DNA of 64,000 nucleotides from Deltaproteobacteria bacterium (GTDB lineage Bacteria; Desulfobacterota; DSM-4660; Desulfatiglandales; HGW-15): NCBI GenBank assembly GCA_016930835.1, contig JAFGGA010000173.1, positions 6,156 to 70,155 of the forward strand, read 5' to 3'. Shown piece by piece: positions 62,926 to 64,000 of this stretch (position 1 is its first letter; each line of letters starts with the position of its first letter). The notes under the pieces were generated by a model. It saw only the letters and a program-made list of their open reading frames with translations, ran no database searches and was not told where the DNA came from. The position numbers and the translations under genes were made by a program.

Positions 62926-62975
62926 CCCCTCCCTTTACGGGAGGAGTTAGAGCCTGCCCCGTACTTGATACGGGG
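62926..62975 (+). other. Two adjacent GC-rich hairpins after the coxL-like stop (possible terminator or REP-like element)
   Basis: The CCTCCC/GGGAGG stem spans 62928-62933 and 62939-62944 with loop TTTAC. CCCCGTA/TACGGGG spans 62957-62963 and 62969-62975. There is no strong T-tract directly after them. Confidence 0.4.
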
Positions 62976-63020
62976 GGAGGGTGCCCTGGGAATTACTTTT
63001 TTTCAAGGCCATATAATATA

Positions 63021-63206
63021 TTGTACATCCCAAATGATCCCCTGTTGCCTGTCTTTTCATCTCAATTCTTAGATAAATACAAACTCACCCAAGCCATGAT
63101 ACAGAAGGCCCTGCATAAGCTTTCGCAACTTGATCTTATTGAGAAAATTGAAAATAATCGATGGAAGATTGTCGATCCGGTTTTTCAAGATTGGCTAAAG
63201 AGGTGA
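63021..63206 (+). pseudogene. Probable C-terminal remnant of a winged-helix/ATPase (Arch_ATPase-DUF234-like) gene
   Basis: The 61-aa ORF starts at a non-ATG codon. The tail LIEKIENNRWKIVDPVFQDWLKR resembles the C-terminus of DUF234-type ATP-binding proteins. Weak call. Confidence 0.3.
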
Positions 63207-63243
63207 GGTGATAAGAACTTTTTATTGGACTTTTATGAGATGC

Positions 63244-64000
63244 CTAGGCTAAAAGTTTACTACAATGGGTGCAGGTGACATCTTCCTTCCTGTTTTTGCC
63301 ACCACAATTCTTGCAGATTTTATATGTCAATTGATCTTCGGCTTTTATTGTTTTAGAGTCGTTGACTTTATTCTGTTTTTGGAGAACAGAAGCCATGACA
63401 TAAAGGTTTTTATCCATATTCACCAGGGTTTGGTCGATTTTAATAATGGTATTATGGATTTTGTAAACAAAAAAGGAAGAAAAAATAACAATATCAATTG
63501 GGTAATGACTAAGATGGCAATAATTAAAGCTACCACAGAAGTTGTAGATCTGAAATTTATCAGACATCTTCCTGCCCCGAAGACCTATCATTGATTCTCG
63601 AAGCCTTTCAGTTTCGACGCCGAAAAAATTCAAATGAAACTCATCGTTTTTCAGGTAATCGATTGCAAAGCTATAGGGAGGAGAAAATATAATACCATCC
63701 AAAGCTGCGTTCTCAAGAGGAAGATACCTTGCATCACCCTCAAGTGCCTTCGCAGGCGCGATATCCTGTTCAAAACCTTTTAGGACATTCTGTATCTTTT
63801 CCGCGACAAATAGATATCTTTCAAGAACAGCCTTGAACTGTTCGAGCGGCGTTTTTCGCTGACTCCTTTCAGAATAACCGACACTATCCAGAAAGGCCAG
63901 TAACAGGAAATTGTAAGTATCGGAGGTTTCCCTCTGTTTCTTTGTTAGTCCGTTCCTGTCTTGTTTTAATGCATATTCGGCGGCTGGTTCCATAATAGAC
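63244..64000 (-). CDS. DNA (or RNA) methyltransferase-like protein, partial (5' end probably off-window), with C-terminal zinc ribbon; possibly degenerate
   Basis: GDARYLPLENAALDGIIFSPPYSFAIDY is the catalytic motif IV (SPPY). No AdoMet motif I is visible in the window, and the frame stays open to position 64000. The C-terminal half is AT-rich and low in complexity. CKNCGG...CTHC. Confidence 0.4.
   Translation of the reverse strand, partial: SIMEPAAEYALKQDRNGLTKKQRETSDTYNFLLLAFLDSVGYSERSQRKTPLEQFKAVLERYLFVAEKIQNVLKGFEQDIAPAKALEGDARYLPLENAALDGIIFSPPYSFAIDYLKNDEFHLNFFGVETERLRESMIGLRGRKMSDKFQIYNFCGSFNYCHLSHYPIDIVIFSSFFVYKIHNTIIKIDQTLVNMDKNLYVMASVLQKQNKVNDSKTIKAEDQLTYKICKNCGGKNRKEDVTCTHCSKLLA

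Noticed and set aside
1..64000. Search for tRNA, rRNA, tmRNA, RNase P or other housekeeping RNA genes in the larger intergenic regions (2296-2435, 6479-6808, 18257-18507, 56903-57449, 59330-59544).
   Set aside because: No cloverleaf-compatible sequence (GTTCRANYC T-loop with matching acceptor stem) and no conserved rRNA blocks were seen by eye. A proper tRNAscan/Infernal run is still advisable.

Overview
This is a 64 kb bacterial chromosomal window of moderate GC. Gene content, the many radical-SAM genes and the hairpin repeat families suggest an anaerobic Desulfobacterota-like organism, but that is inference only.

**Layout**
- **1-24 kb:** mostly housekeeping and envelope genes. These include a hybrid histidine kinase, a YbgC-like thioesterase, a TlpA-like thioredoxin, speD-speE, a DUF1573 protein, a radical SAM protein, RecD2, two MotB/OmpA-like proteins, der, pyrG, a PyrE-like protein, an Omp85-like protein, CBS-DUF47-PiT and a KAS III.
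- **24.1-54.9 kb:** one complete minus-strand type VI secretion system (T6SS). The gene order is two unknown leader genes, then tssJ-K-L-M, tagF, tssA-B-C, hcp, tssE-F-G, clpV and vgrG. It ends in a tail-tip module: DUF2169 plus pentapeptide repeats, a second pentapeptide-repeat giant, a DUF3540-like protein, a DUF4150 PAAR-like protein and an orphan 258-aa gene.
- **55-63 kb:** a B12-radical SAM/TPR gene and an xdhC-coxM-coxS-coxL-type molybdenum hydroxylase.
- **Window end:** decayed ATPase and methyltransferase fragments.

**Most notable observations**
1. The T6SS has no recognisable effector/immunity pair. Its VgrG carries a roughly 320-aa C-terminal extension with two hydrophobic helices, next to a TagAB/TagB/TagC/TagD-like module.
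2. The DUF1573 gene has a single in-frame TGA exactly where the family's conserved Cys sits, making it a selenocysteine candidate.
3. The S-adenosylmethionine (AdoMet) decarboxylase is a tandem two-domain fusion.
4. Several intergenic repeat families punctuate the T6SS and cox operons. They are a GCGCAAGG-periodic palindromic family, GTCATTCC/GGAATGAC hairpin modules, and a roughly 130-160 bp MITE-like element. One MITE copy has a perfect 8-bp target duplication inside a dead GIY-YIG gene.

I found no rRNA, tRNA or CRISPR array.
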